Shown one piece after another: positions 28,102 through 37,610 of a DNA stretch of 64,000 nt. How positions within the stretch are numbered: the first letter of the stretch is position 1; every line of letters starts with the position of its first letter. The notes beneath the pieces are model-generated. The model was not told the DNA's origin. It ran no database searches and was given only the letters and a program-made list of their open reading frames with translations. Source of the stretch: Alphaproteobacteria bacterium (lineage in GTDB: Bacteria; Pseudomonadota; Alphaproteobacteria; Bin95); contig JAJEIH010000014.1 in NCBI GenBank assembly GCA_022827685.1, positions 3,801-67,800 on the forward strand. Reading direction: 5' to 3'. The translations under genes were made by a program, and so were the position numbers.

Positions 28102-28968
28102 TTACTCGGCGGCCTCCGCCGGGAGCGCGAGCGGGGCGAGATAGGGGCGGTCGCCCTGTATGGTCACACGATGGCCCTTGCGCTCCTCCGGCCAGTAATC
28201 CCACATGGCATGGTGCTGCAGGCAGCGATTGTCCCAGAAGGCCATGTCGTTGACCTCCCACTTGAAGCGCACCTGGAAGCGCTCCTGCTCGACATGCTCG
28301 AACAGGAACCTGAGCAGCGCCTTGCTCTCCGCCGCGCCCAGGCCTTCGATGCGGGTCGTGAAGGCGCGGTTCACATAGAGCGCGCGGCGCCCGGTTTCCG
28401 GATGGGTGCGGCAGACCGGATGGCTGGTTTCCGGATAGACCTTCCCGGTGTCGTCCACATTCCGGTCCGAATAGCGGCCCCGGTAGATGTGCTCGGACTC
28501 GTGCCGGGCGGTCAGGGTCTCCAGGAAGGCCTGCATCGGCCCGGAGAGCGCGTCCCAGGCCGCATACATGCTGGCGAACAGCGTGTCGCCGCCCTGGCTC
28601 GGCAGCTTGTGCAATTGCAGCATGGTCCCGAGCGGCGGCTCCTCGTCGCACGAGACGTCGGTGTGCCAGCCATTGCCGTTCGCGATCTTCGAGTCCTTGT
28701 GGGTGTGGATCACGAAAATCTCCGGACGGCCTTCCAGATGCGGCGCGGCCGGGTGCAGGTGGAGGCCCCCGAAACGCCGGGCAAAGGCGACCTGCTGGTC
28801 GGGCGTGAGCGCCTCCTGCTCCTTGAAGAACACCACCTGGTGGCGGAGGAACGCGGACCGCACTTCCCCGAATGTCTCGTCCGCCATCGGTTCGCGAAGG
28901 TCCACGCCGCGGATCTCGGCCCCGACCGCGGGTGTGAGCGTCGTTACGTCTATATGCCGATAGGCCAT
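28102..28968 (-). CDS. TauD/TfdA-family alpha-ketoglutarate-dependent dioxygenase
   Basis: WHTDVS...(D/E) and HxxxW motifs. Start placed at MAYRHIDVTTL. Confidence 0.8.
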   Translation of the reverse strand: MAYRHIDVTTLTPAVGAEIRGVDLREPMADETFGEVRSAFLRHQVVFFKEQEALTPDQQVAFARRFGGLHLHPAAPHLEGRPEIFVIHTHKDSKIANGNGWHTDVSCDEEPPLGTMLQLHKLPSQGGDTLFASMYAAWDALSGPMQAFLETLTARHESEHIYRGRYSDRNVDDTGKVYPETSHPVCRTHPETGRRALYVNRAFTTRIEGLGAAESKALLRFLFEHVEQERFQVRFKWEVNDMAFWDNRCLQHHAMWDYWPEERKGHRVTIQGDRPYLAPLALPAEAAE

Positions 28969-28993
28969 ATCGAGTTCCTCCCCGTTCGGCCGC

Positions 28994-29296
28994 TCAGTCC
29001 AGCACCTGCGCGACATCGACGACACGGCGCGTGCGGACGACGCGGTCCTGCCAGACCCGGTCGAATTCCGCAATGAGCTCCGCGATCGCTTTCGAGCCCG
29101 TGGCCTTCCTGGCGGCCGCGAGATCGGTGAACTGGTAGAAGGCGACATGCGCGCCGTCATCGCCCCAGCCGCGAAACGCCTTCTCCACGCTGAACGCGGC
29201 CTTCGCATCCGGCAGGTGCTCCTCGGCGTACCAGCGGTCGAAGGCGTCCCGGTCGCTCTCGGGCACCTCGGCGCGCACGATCAGATAGGCAGTCAT
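28994..29296 (-). CDS. Small hypothetical protein (~100 aa)
   Basis: ORF with plausible start MTAYLIVRAEV. No confident family assignment. Confidence 0.4.
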   Translation of the reverse strand: MTAYLIVRAEVPESDRDAFDRWYAEEHLPDAKAAFSVEKAFRGWGDDGAHVAFYQFTDLAAARKATGSKAIAELIAEFDRVWQDRVVRTRRVVDVAQVLD

Positions 29297-29449
29297 CGGC
29301 AATTTCCTGTCGAATGAACGCTGCGGGCCAGTCTGTGACACCGCTTGCGAACAGGCAAGTGCGCTGCCGGTTGCGGCACGGCGTCACTCGAAGCCGAGCG
29401 GCTCCGCGTCCGCAGCCCTGCCGTCCTCGAAACGAAGCGCTGCGCGCCG

Positions 29450-29880
29450 GCGCTACCCGGAAGCGGTCTCTTGTTCGCATTTTTTGAAATAATTCTCGAA
29501 ATATGATTGACATAAGAAACTCTACATTGATATGGTGCAGGAGGAAGGAAGCGGCATCCGCGCGGGGCCGCCCCTTCTACCGGTTCGCGCCGGCGCGAAA
29601 AAAACCCGAAGAAACGCAAGGGAGAAGTGCGCCCTCTGCCTCGCGCGCGCAATCAGGTGCGCGAACCGCGCCGGCGCTAACGCGCGCTGACGGGCGGGCG
29701 CGCGATACGCGCGAAACAGGGTCCCGCCGCCATCTGCAATGTTCGCCGCGTTCGGCGCGGCGGCGGGACGAACGGAACGGAGAAGGACGGCAAGGAGGGA
29801 CCATGACAAAACATGACATTTCCGCAGGGGTGCATGACAAAACATGACACATCATGACACTCCAGGCGGAACGACTCCCA
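29450..29880 (+). repeat. Intergenic repeat element, copy B (+ orientation), immediately upstream of and co-oriented with the alpha/beta-hydrolase gene at 29910
   Basis: AT-rich tract + TTGACA-18-TGnTATGGT promoter-like module (29507-29536), GCAGGAGGAAGGAAGCGGCATCC, the block CGCGCGCGCAATCAGGTGCGCGAACCGCGCCG, the block CGCGATACGCGCGAAACAGGGTCCCG, and five CATGACA heptads. Confidence 0.65.
29802..29859 (+). promoter_or_regulatory. Array of five CATGACA heptads (starts 29802, 29812, 29833, 29843, 29853; spacings 10, 21, 10, 10 bp), 50 bp upstream of the hydrolase start codon
   Basis: Read directly from the sequence. Helical-phase spacing suggests binding by a direct-repeat-recognising regulator. 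Confidence 0.55.
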
Positions 29881-29909
29881 AGCTGCGGAAATCCGCGTAG
29901 GTTCGCCCC

Positions 29910-31052
29910 ATGATCGAAAATCGCGATACCGCCTACGGCCGGGTTCCGTTGCCGGCCGGCATCCGTTCGCGCATGGCGGCGAACGGCAACGGGCTCGACA
30001 TGCACTTCCTGGAGGCCGGTTTCGAAGAACGGGGCCGGCCCTGCGCGCTGCTGCTGCACGGCTTCCCCGAACTCGCTTACAGCTGGCGGCGCGTCATGCC
30101 GGCGCTCGCGGAGGCGGGCTACCATGTCGTCGCGCCGGACCAGCGCGGCTATGGCCGGACGACAGGCTGGGACCCGGACTACGACGCCGACCTCGCGCCC
30201 TACCGGCTCTTCAACCTCGTGCGCGATGTCATGGGCCTGCTGGACGCGATCGGCCACAGGGAAGTCGCGCTGCTGGCCGGGCACGACTACGGCGCGTCGG
30301 TCGCGGCATGGGCGGCGCTGATCCGGCCCGACATCTTCCGCAGGCTGGCGCTTATGAGCGCGCCGTTTCCAGGCCCGCCGGACATTTCGCCGCAACCGCC
30401 GCCGACGGTATCCATCCATGACGAGCTGGCGGCGCTGGACCGGCCGCGCAAGCACTACCACTGGTACTACTCGACCCGGCCGGCGAATGCCGACATGCAG
30501 GACTGCACCCAGGGAGTCCACGAATTCCTGCGCGCCTATTTCCACCACAAGAGCGCCGACTGGGCCGGGAACCGCCCCTTCCGGCTGGCGGGGTGGACCG
30601 CGGAGGAACTTGCCCGGATGCCGACCTACTACATCATGGACCTCGACCGGACGATGGCGGAGACGGTGGCCGTGGAAATGCCGGGCGCGGAGGAAATCGC
30701 CGCCTGCCGCTGGCTGCCGGACGCGGAACTCGCGGTGTATGCGCGGGAATACGAGCGCCACGGGTTCCAGGGCGGGCTGAACTGGTACCGTTGCCGGACG
30801 AGCGGGCTGTTCGACCGCGAACACGAGCTCTTCTCCGGGCGCCGTTTCGAGGTTCCCGCCTGCTTCGTTTCCGGCGCGGCCGACTGGGGCGTTTACCAGA
30901 ACCCCGGCGCGCTCGAGGCGATGGAGGAACGCGCGGCCCGCTGGGCCGGCACCTGGCTGATCGAGGGGGCCGGGCACTGGGTCCAGCAGGAGCGGCCGGA
31001 AGCCGTATCGGCGCGGCTCAGGGCGTTCGCGGCGGGCCGCGCCGATCCGTGA
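29910..31052 (+). CDS. Alpha/beta hydrolase (epoxide-hydrolase/haloalkane-dehalogenase-like)
   Basis: LLHGFPELAYSWRRVMPALAEAGYHVVAPDQRGYGRT, typical of the epoxide hydrolase family. Nucleophile elbow GHDYGA. Confidence 0.8.
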   Translation: MIENRDTAYGRVPLPAGIRSRMAANGNGLDMHFLEAGFEERGRPCALLLHGFPELAYSWRRVMPALAEAGYHVVAPDQRGYGRTTGWDPDYDADLAPYRLFNLVRDVMGLLDAIGHREVALLAGHDYGASVAAWAALIRPDIFRRLALMSAPFPGPPDISPQPPPTVSIHDELAALDRPRKHYHWYYSTRPANADMQDCTQGVHEFLRAYFHHKSADWAGNRPFRLAGWTAEELARMPTYYIMDLDRTMAETVAVEMPGAEEIAACRWLPDAELAVYAREYERHGFQGGLNWYRCRTSGLFDREHELFSGRRFEVPACFVSGAADWGVYQNPGALEAMEERAARWAGTWLIEGAGHWVQQERPEAVSARLRAFAAGRADP

Positions 31053-31120
31053 GCGGGATGACACGGCCGGACGCGCACTGCTAGGTTCGCCCTCACCCCC
31101 TCAGAAGGACATGGAGAAAG

Positions 31121-32779
31121 ATGGGCACTTCGACCGGCGCGGAGATCATGGCGCGCGAACTCAAGAAGCACGGCGTCGAATACATGTTCGGCATCGTCGG
31201 CTTTCCAGTGCAGCCGATCGCGAAGGCGGCGCAGGAGGTCGGCATAAAGTATGTCGGCATGCGTAATGAGCAGGCGGCGTCCTATGCCGCGCAGGCTGCC
31301 GGCTACCTGACCGGGCGGCCGGGCGCGTGCCTCACGGTCTCCGGGCCGGGCGTCATCCATGCGCTCGCCGGCCTCGCCAATGCCGAGCAGAACTGCTGGC
31401 CGATGATCCTGATCGGCGGCGCCTCGCCCGTCTATCAGAACGGCATGGGCGCGTTCCAGGAAGAGAACCAGGTCCAGCTCGCCGCGCCCTATTGCAAGTT
31501 CGCGCATGCGGTCGAGCACGCCCGGCGCATCCCGTTCTATGTCGAGAAGGCGGTCCGCACTTCGATCTACGGCCGGCCGGGCCCGGTCTATCTCGACATG
31601 CCGGACGACATCATCCAGGAGGCGGTCGAGGAAGACGACATCTACGAAGCGGCTCCCGTGGCCGATCCGCCGCGGATGCAGGCGATGGGCGAGGACATCG
31701 AGGCGGCGCTGGATGCGCTCGAATCCGCCGAGCGTCCGCTTGTCATTGTCGGCAAGGGCATGGCGTGGTCGCGCGCCGAGGACGAGGTCCGCGCCTTCAT
31801 CGAGCGCACCCAGGTGCCGTTCCTCGCGTCCCCGCTCGGCAAGGGCGTGATCGACGACAACCATCCGCTGTCCGTGGGCGCGGCGCGCAGCCATGCGCTC
31901 CGCGAGGCGGACGTGATCTTCCTGATGGGCGCGCGGCTCAACTGGATCATGCATTTCGGCAAGCCGCCGCGCTTCAACAAGAAGGTGCGCGTCGTCCAGC
32001 TCGACATCTCGCCGGAAGCCATCGGCAACAATGTGCCGACGGAGGTGGCGCTTGTCGGCGACGGCAAGGCGATTGTCGGCCAGCTGAACGCGGCTCTTGG
32101 CGGCCGGCAGTGGTTCTACCCGGCCGATACGGAATGGCGCAGCGCGATTGCGGAGAAGGCGGCAGGCAATGCCGAGCAGATCCGCCCGATGCTGGAGGAC
32201 GATTCCGCGCCGACCAACTACTACCGCGCGCTGAAGGACATCGCCGCCTGGGCCGGCAAGGACGCGATTATCGTTGGCGAGGGCGCGAACACCATGGATA
32301 TCGGGCGCACCCAGCTCCCGAACGCCTCGCCGCGCCTGCGCCTCGACGCCGGCAGCTACGGCACCATGGGTATCGGCATGGGCTTCGCCGTCGCGGCGGC
32401 GGTGGTGCATCCGGACCGCCCGATCATCTCGGTCTCCGGCGATTCCGCCATCGGCTTCTCCGGCATGGAGATCGAGACGGCCTGCCGCTACAAGCTGCCG
32501 ATCAAGATCGTCGTGCTGAACAATGGCGGCATCGGGCAGGGCATCCCGGAATATCCCGAGGACCCGTTCGACAACCCGGCGGGCGTGCTCATCTACGGCG
32601 CGCGCTACGACAAGATGATGGAGGCGTTCGGCGGCTTCGGCGCCTTCGTCGAAGACCCGGCGGACCTGCGGGCGACGCTCGACGCGGCGACGGCCCATGA
32701 CGGCCCGGCGCTCGTCAATGTCCGCCTGCACCCCCAGGCCGGCCGCAAGCCGCAGCAGTTCGGCTGGCTGACGACCTGA
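31121..32779 (+). CDS. Thiamine-diphosphate-dependent 2-hydroxyacyl-CoA lyase / oxalyl-CoA decarboxylase family enzyme
   Basis: N-terminal GIVGFPVQPIAKAAQEVGIKYVGMRNEQAASYAAQAAGYLTGRPGACLTVSGPGVIHALAGLANAEQNCWPMILIGGAS closely follows the HACL/Oxc pattern. TPP-binding GDSA...NN motif near the C-terminus. Confidence 0.85.
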   Translation: MGTSTGAEIMARELKKHGVEYMFGIVGFPVQPIAKAAQEVGIKYVGMRNEQAASYAAQAAGYLTGRPGACLTVSGPGVIHALAGLANAEQNCWPMILIGGASPVYQNGMGAFQEENQVQLAAPYCKFAHAVEHARRIPFYVEKAVRTSIYGRPGPVYLDMPDDIIQEAVEEDDIYEAAPVADPPRMQAMGEDIEAALDALESAERPLVIVGKGMAWSRAEDEVRAFIERTQVPFLASPLGKGVIDDNHPLSVGAARSHALREADVIFLMGARLNWIMHFGKPPRFNKKVRVVQLDISPEAIGNNVPTEVALVGDGKAIVGQLNAALGGRQWFYPADTEWRSAIAEKAAGNAEQIRPMLEDDSAPTNYYRALKDIAAWAGKDAIIVGEGANTMDIGRTQLPNASPRLRLDAGSYGTMGIGMGFAVAAAVVHPDRPIISVSGDSAIGFSGMEIETACRYKLPIKIVVLNNGGIGQGIPEYPEDPFDNPAGVLIYGARYDKMMEAFGGFGAFVEDPADLRATLDAATAHDGPALVNVRLHPQAGRKPQQFGWLTT

Positions 32780-32801
32780 CACGCTCTTTCCGGCGGCGGC
32801 G

Positions 32802-34271
32802 GTGCATGCCGCCGCCGGAACGGCGCGCGCGGCAGGACGATGGAGGCGCGGCGTGTCTCGTCTTGTTTGTGCAACGCTCTTGTTCCCGCTGCTTGCGGCG
32901 TGCCAGCAGCAGGGCATGTCCGCCCATCTTTACGGACCGCCCAAGGGCACGTCCCCGGCCTATTGGCAGGTGGCGGCCTATTCCGACAAGCCTCCCATCG
33001 GGCCCGGGACGGCCAGGGGCGTTCTCTTCTGGAGCCACGGGGTCAGTGGGCAGAACGTGCAGTGGAAGGGCAAGCCGCTTCGCTTCGTCGAGAGGTTCGC
33101 CCGCGAGGGTTGGGATGTCATCAAGGTCAACCGCAACAATCTGCATGAGCGCAATTGGAACGTCAGCGGTCCCAAACATGTCGCCGACCTGCAGAAACGG
33201 GCGAGAAAGGCGCGCAGCGACGGCTACAGGCGGGTGATCCTGGGCGGGCAGTCCTACGGCGGGGCGATTTCGCTCGAAGCGGCTTCGACAGCGGGACTCG
33301 CAGACGGCGTGGTCGCGATTGCGCCGGGCCACGGCTCCGACGCCTGCGGCAAGGGCTACGGAATCGGACGGCGCGCCGACAGTCTTCCGCGCCAACTGAG
33401 GAGAGCGCTCGAAAGGAACAGGGCGCCGCGAACCGTGCTTATGGTCGCTGACGGGGATGAGTGCGTTGGATTCAACCGGCCCCATGCCTCCTACCGCGAG
33501 ACACTGAACGCTTCCGGGTCGAGCTTCGTCTTCCTGGACGACACCATGCCCGTCCGGGGACACTTCGCAGGCAATACCAATCAGTTCGACAGGTGGTACG
33601 GCCAGTGCCTTGTCGATTTCCTGGATGCGGTCGGAGCGCCGAGGGCGGGCGAGACGGTATGTCCGTCGCCGAGCCCGGTTCCCGCCTACCTGCTGCCCGA
33701 CGGCTACCGGCCGCCTGCGCATGGAGGGCCGGGCAGTCTTCTCGGCGCCTGGAGCGGCAGCTATTCCATCGAGAAAAGGGGAACCCGCAATCTCTGCCTT
33801 CTGGTGGACAGGGAAGCCTCGGGCGGCATCAGGGCCGAGGTCGCGTTCGGCGCGGGCAGCCAGCGGAAAGCGTCGATGGTCACCTTTCGCCGGTATTTCA
33901 GCGTTGACGCCGGTAGCGGGAGCTTCATCTACGCACACAACAAATACCGCATGACTGTGAAGGCCGACGCGGAACGCGGGAATGTCTCGGTAACGATACG
34001 GACCGCGAAGGGCAGGGAGTATCGCGCCGAGCTCGAGCGCGGCTGCATGCTGGTGGACGACCGGTCGCCCGGAAAGGTTGTTTCCGGCGAGCCCGCGTCG
34101 GCCGGCCGCGCAGCCTCCTTGCCCGCTTCGCAAAGCCGAAAAGCCGCTTCGCAAGGCGCCGCGAACCGGCCGTTCGCATCGGTCGGGCCGTCCACGAGGC
34201 CGCCCCATCTGTACGGGCCGCCTACGGGTACCTCCCCGGCCTACTGGCAGGCCCGCGCCTATGGTGATTGA
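32802..34271 (+). CDS. Lipoprotein with alpha/beta-hydrolase-like domain (GQSYGG nucleophile elbow) plus a C-terminal beta-rich domain. First of two tandem paralogs.
   Basis: Lipobox LLAAC after a basic N-terminal region. LYGPPKGTSPAYWQ motif, VLFWSHG and GGQSYGGAISLEAAS. Ends at a TGA that is in frame with the next paralog. Confidence 0.65.
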   Translation: MHAAAGTARAAGRWRRGVSRLVCATLLFPLLAACQQQGMSAHLYGPPKGTSPAYWQVAAYSDKPPIGPGTARGVLFWSHGVSGQNVQWKGKPLRFVERFAREGWDVIKVNRNNLHERNWNVSGPKHVADLQKRARKARSDGYRRVILGGQSYGGAISLEAASTAGLADGVVAIAPGHGSDACGKGYGIGRRADSLPRQLRRALERNRAPRTVLMVADGDECVGFNRPHASYRETLNASGSSFVFLDDTMPVRGHFAGNTNQFDRWYGQCLVDFLDAVGAPRAGETVCPSPSPVPAYLLPDGYRPPAHGGPGSLLGAWSGSYSIEKRGTRNLCLLVDREASGGIRAEVAFGAGSQRKASMVTFRRYFSVDAGSGSFIYAHNKYRMTVKADAERGNVSVTIRTAKGREYRAELERGCMLVDDRSPGKVVSGEPASAGRAASLPASQSRKAASQGAANRPFASVGPSTRPPHLYGPPTGTSPAYWQARAYGD

Positions 34272-35360
34272 CCGCCCAGGGGACCGGAAGCGTCCAAGGG
34301 CATCCTCTTCTGGAGTCACGGCCTTTGGGGACGCACTCCCAAGTGGAGGGACAAGCCGCCGCGGTTCGTTCGGAAGTTCGCATATGCCGATTGGGATGTC
34401 GTGAAGGTGAACCGGGATGAACGACTCGCGTATCGGTGGGCGGCCGCCGGCAGCAGGCATGCAGCCGATCTCCGGGAACGCGCGCGCGAAGCCCGCAAGG
34501 CCGGCTACAAACGCATTGTGCTTGGCGGCCATTCCTATGGCGCTGCGATTGCCCTCGAAGCGGCATCGGAGCGCGGAATTGCCGATGCGGTGATCGCGGT
34601 TGCGCCCAATCACGACTCCGACAACTGCGGCGGCATGGGAGCGTCCGGATACGGCTCCACCTGGCTTCAGAGCCAACTGGTTAACGCGCTCGAAGACCTT
34701 GCTTCGCCGCGTGTCGTGCTTGCGGCCCCCGGCGGGGATGAATGCCTCGGACCGGAGCTGGCCGAAGGTTCGTACAAAAATGCGCTCGTCGCAAGCGGCT
34801 CCAGTTTCGTTCTTCTGGACGATGCCATGCCGATCCGCGGCCGCAAGGCGGGGCGGACGCGGCAGTTCGATGCGTGGTACGGCGAATGCCTGCTCGATTT
34901 CGTCGGCTCCGGCGAGGCGGCGCGAGCGGGAGAATCGGTTTGCCCGCTGCCCGATCCGGTTCCGACATTCCTGCTCCCGGCCAGTTACACGCCGCCATCG
35001 CCGACGGGGCCGAACAGCCTGGTCGGCGCGTGGGGCGGTGAGTATTTCGTCGGCAGCAGGGGCGTCAGAAATTTCTGCATGTTCATCGAGGAGGAATATG
35101 AAGACGGGTTCAAGGCCCGGACGGCTTTCGGGGCCGGCAGCGAGAGAGTGCTGTCGATGGAAACCTACACGCGCATATTTTACAGGTTCGGCGGGGACAG
35201 GGAGTTCGTTTACGACAAGAACAAATACCGCATGACCGTCTTCGACGATCCGGACCGCCGCGAACTGGAGCTCGCCATCCGAACGGCAAGCGGTGCGGGG
35301 TACCATTTCTACCTGACGCGAGGATGCAAACTTGTGGAGGACAGACCCCGGGTCGGTTGA
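34272..35360 (+). pseudogene. Second tandem paralog (same frame as the upstream gene, separated only by TGA; lacks its own Met start and signal peptide). Either a duplication remnant, a stop-codon-readthrough extension, or a sequencing error at the TGA.
   Basis: Frame 3 continues ...AYWQARAYGD*PPRGPEASKGILFWSHG...GGHSYGAAIALEAAS... with ~45-50% identity to paralog 1 over both domains. The first in-frame start candidate is a GTG at 34401. Confidence 0.45.
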
Positions 35361-35446
35361 ACGAATAAAGACCCGATAATTCAGACGAAATGCTCAAGGA
35401 GTCGTTGCTCGACTATTTGAGTAATGACCTGCCATAACGGGGAAAA

Positions 35447-35704
35447 TTACTTGTCGTCGAGTGCGTCGAAAATTACGCCGAGGGTGCAGAAGAGACCGAT
35501 CGTCACCAGCACGAACATGACCACGAGAAGGCTTTGAGAGTTCTCCGAATCGGTCAATGCCATCAGGGACGCCAATCCTGCAACGGCCACTATTATCACC
35601 GATACAGCCGTCAGGGATTTGTTTCTCTTTGCCCTCGCGGAGAGGCGTCCGAGCAGGCCGGCATCCGACGCCGTGTTGGAAACGCTCGTTTCCGGCTTGT
35701 CCAT
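35447..35704 (-). CDS. Small hypothetical membrane protein (two TM segments), lying in a local low-GC pocket
   Basis: MDKPETSV...LTAVSVIIVAVAGLASLMAL...LLVVMFVLVTIGLFCTLGVIF. Confidence 0.45.
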   Translation of the reverse strand: MDKPETSVSNTASDAGLLGRLSARAKRNKSLTAVSVIIVAVAGLASLMALTDSENSQSLLVVMFVLVTIGLFCTLGVIFDALDDK

Positions 35705-35859
35705 CTGTCCCCGCCTCTGCCGCAATCGGGTGCCTGCATTCACAATATCATGGGCAGGCAGGCGTGGATGCATTCAAATGCGGGGCTTGCGCAGGGCCGC
35801 CGGACCCGGCGGCGCATCCCGGCGCGGCGCAGGGCAAATCGCCAGCGGGAGGGCGGGAC

Positions 35860-36993
35860 TTGAGCGAATACCAGTATCTTGAGTTCCAGGCGATCGACCG
35901 CCCGCTCGACGAGGCGGACAGGGAGGCGCTCAGGGCCTTGTCGTCGCGGGCGTGGATTACGGCCACGAGCTTCTCCAATCACTATGACTGGGGCGATTTC
36001 AAGGGCGAGCCGGTCACGCTCATGGAGCGCTGGTTCGACCTGCATCTCTATCTTGCCAACTGGGGAACGCGCGAGTTGATGATCCGCCTGCCGAAACGGC
36101 TGGTGGACCGGGCCCGGCTCGACTCCGTCCTCGACGATTGCAGTCTGGCGGAAGTTATCGAGTCGGGCGACTGGCTGATCCTCGACATTCTCGACGACCG
36201 CGAGCCGGGGGACGAGGACTGGGACGACGGCTCCGGGTGGCTCGCCGCCCTGGCGCCGCTCCGGACCGACCTGCTTTCGGGAGACTGGCGCCTGCTCTAC
36301 CTGCTGTGGCTGGCGGAGGTGGAACTCGGCGGCCGGAAAGACGACGAGACCGAACCCTTGCCGGGCATCGGCCCACTGACCGGCGCGCTCAGCGCCTTCA
36401 CCGAATTCTTCCGCATCGACTCCGACCTCGTCGAGGCCGCGGCCGAGGCGCGTGGGAGCATTGCGGATGGCGACCTGTCGGCTGACGCCATAGACGCCGC
36501 TGTCGCCGCCATGCCCGGGGATGAGAAGACAGAATTGCTTCGCCGCGCCGCCGAAGGCGACCCCCATGTGGGCACGGAAATCCGGCGCCGCGCAAGACGG
36601 GCCGCGTTGGCGGCAGGCAGCGCCGCGCGGACGGCCCGCCGGACCGTGTCCGATCTCCGGAGGCGCGCAGCGGCGATCCGCGAAGGCCGGGAGGCGGCGG
36701 AAGCCGAACAGCGCGAGGCCGGACGCCTGCAGCAGGAGCGGGAAGCGGAGGAGGCGCGGCGCGCGCGGATCGTCGCCCTCAGGCAGCGAGGCGAGGCGGT
36801 GTGGGACGAGATCGAGAGCGAAATCGACAGGCGCCACGCCAGCGGCTACGACCGGGCGGCGGCGCTGCTCTCCGACCTGAAGGCGCTGGCGGAAGAGGAC
36901 GGCGCGGCGGCGTCCTTCACCGACCGGGTGAACGACCTTCGGTCGCGGCATTCCCGAAAGTGGGGATTCATCAAGAGGCTGGAGGGACTCTGA
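35860..36993 (+). CDS. Hypothetical protein (acidic N-terminal domain + Arg/Glu-rich, coiled-coil-like C-terminal half); probable TTG start after a GGGAGGG RBS
   Basis: Long ORF with coding-like composition. No family recognised. Confidence 0.5.
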   Translation: MSEYQYLEFQAIDRPLDEADREALRALSSRAWITATSFSNHYDWGDFKGEPVTLMERWFDLHLYLANWGTRELMIRLPKRLVDRARLDSVLDDCSLAEVIESGDWLILDILDDREPGDEDWDDGSGWLAALAPLRTDLLSGDWRLLYLLWLAEVELGGRKDDETEPLPGIGPLTGALSAFTEFFRIDSDLVEAAAEARGSIADGDLSADAIDAAVAAMPGDEKTELLRRAAEGDPHVGTEIRRRARRAALAAGSAARTARRTVSDLRRRAAAIREGREAAEAEQREAGRLQQEREAEEARRARIVALRQRGEAVWDEIESEIDRRHASGYDRAAALLSDLKALAEEDGAAASFTDRVNDLRSRHSRKWGFIKRLEGL

Positions 36994-37040
36994 GGGACCG
37001 GCTGTTGCCGCACCGGTTCTATACAAGTCATTGATTTCAT

Positions 37041-37115
37041 TGGTAGCGGGGGAGGGATTTGAACCCCCGACCCAGGGATTATGATTCCCCTGCTCTACCG
37101 CTGAGCTACCCCGCC
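37041..37115 (-). tRNA. tRNA-Met (anticodon CAT; could alternatively be tRNA-Ile2 decoded via lysidine)
   Basis: Cloverleaf: acceptor GGCGGGG/CCCCGCT, D-arm GCTCAGCGGTAGAGC, anticodon loop ATCATAA, T-arm GGGGGTTCAAATCCCTC, encoded CCA. Confidence 0.8.
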
Positions 37116-37178
37116 GAAGGACCGGCCTTTTAGGCGCTGCCGCTTGCGCCGTCAACGGGACCGGTCGATCCTGCGGCA

Positions 37179-37595
37179 ATGAAGCGAACCGTTTTGCTGC
37201 TCCTCGCCGGTTTCCTGCTGGCCGCCCACGGAGGCGCGACCGGCATCGTCAAGCAACGCATGGACGCCATGGTCGATATCGGGCGGGCGACCAAGACCAT
37301 CCGAGACGCGATCCGGCGGTCGGAGCCGGACGCGGTCCGGGAGGCTGCGGCGCGGATCGCCGGGCACGCCGCGGAGATCCCGAAGCTGTTTCCGGACGGC
37401 AGCTTCCACCATCCTTCGGAAGCCCTGCCGGCGATTTCGGCAGACCGGGCGGCATTCGACGCGCTTGCGGCGAAGCTTGCCCTCGCGGCCGAAGACCTTG
37501 CCGCGAATGCGGACGCGCCCCGCGAAGCGGCGCGGCGGCTCGCGGACGCCTGCAAACAGTGCCACACGCGCTTCCGGCTGGAGAAGAAGCGCTGA
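37179..37595 (+). CDS. Cytochrome c' (class II cytochrome c)
   Basis: Signal peptide. Four-helix-bundle-sized (138 aa) protein with a single CxxCH (ACKQCH) close to the C-terminus, the hallmark of cytochrome c'. Confidence 0.75.
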   Translation: MKRTVLLLLAGFLLAAHGGATGIVKQRMDAMVDIGRATKTIRDAIRRSEPDAVREAAARIAGHAAEIPKLFPDGSFHHPSEALPAISADRAAFDALAAKLALAAEDLAANADAPREAARRLADACKQCHTRFRLEKKR

Positions 37596-37610
37596 GCCGG
37601 CAGCGGGCGC

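Noticed and set aside
29802-29859. CRISPR-like interpretation of the heptad arrays
   Set aside because: The repeat unit is 7 bp with a 10-bp period, there are no spacers of unique sequence and no cas genes. This is not a CRISPR array.
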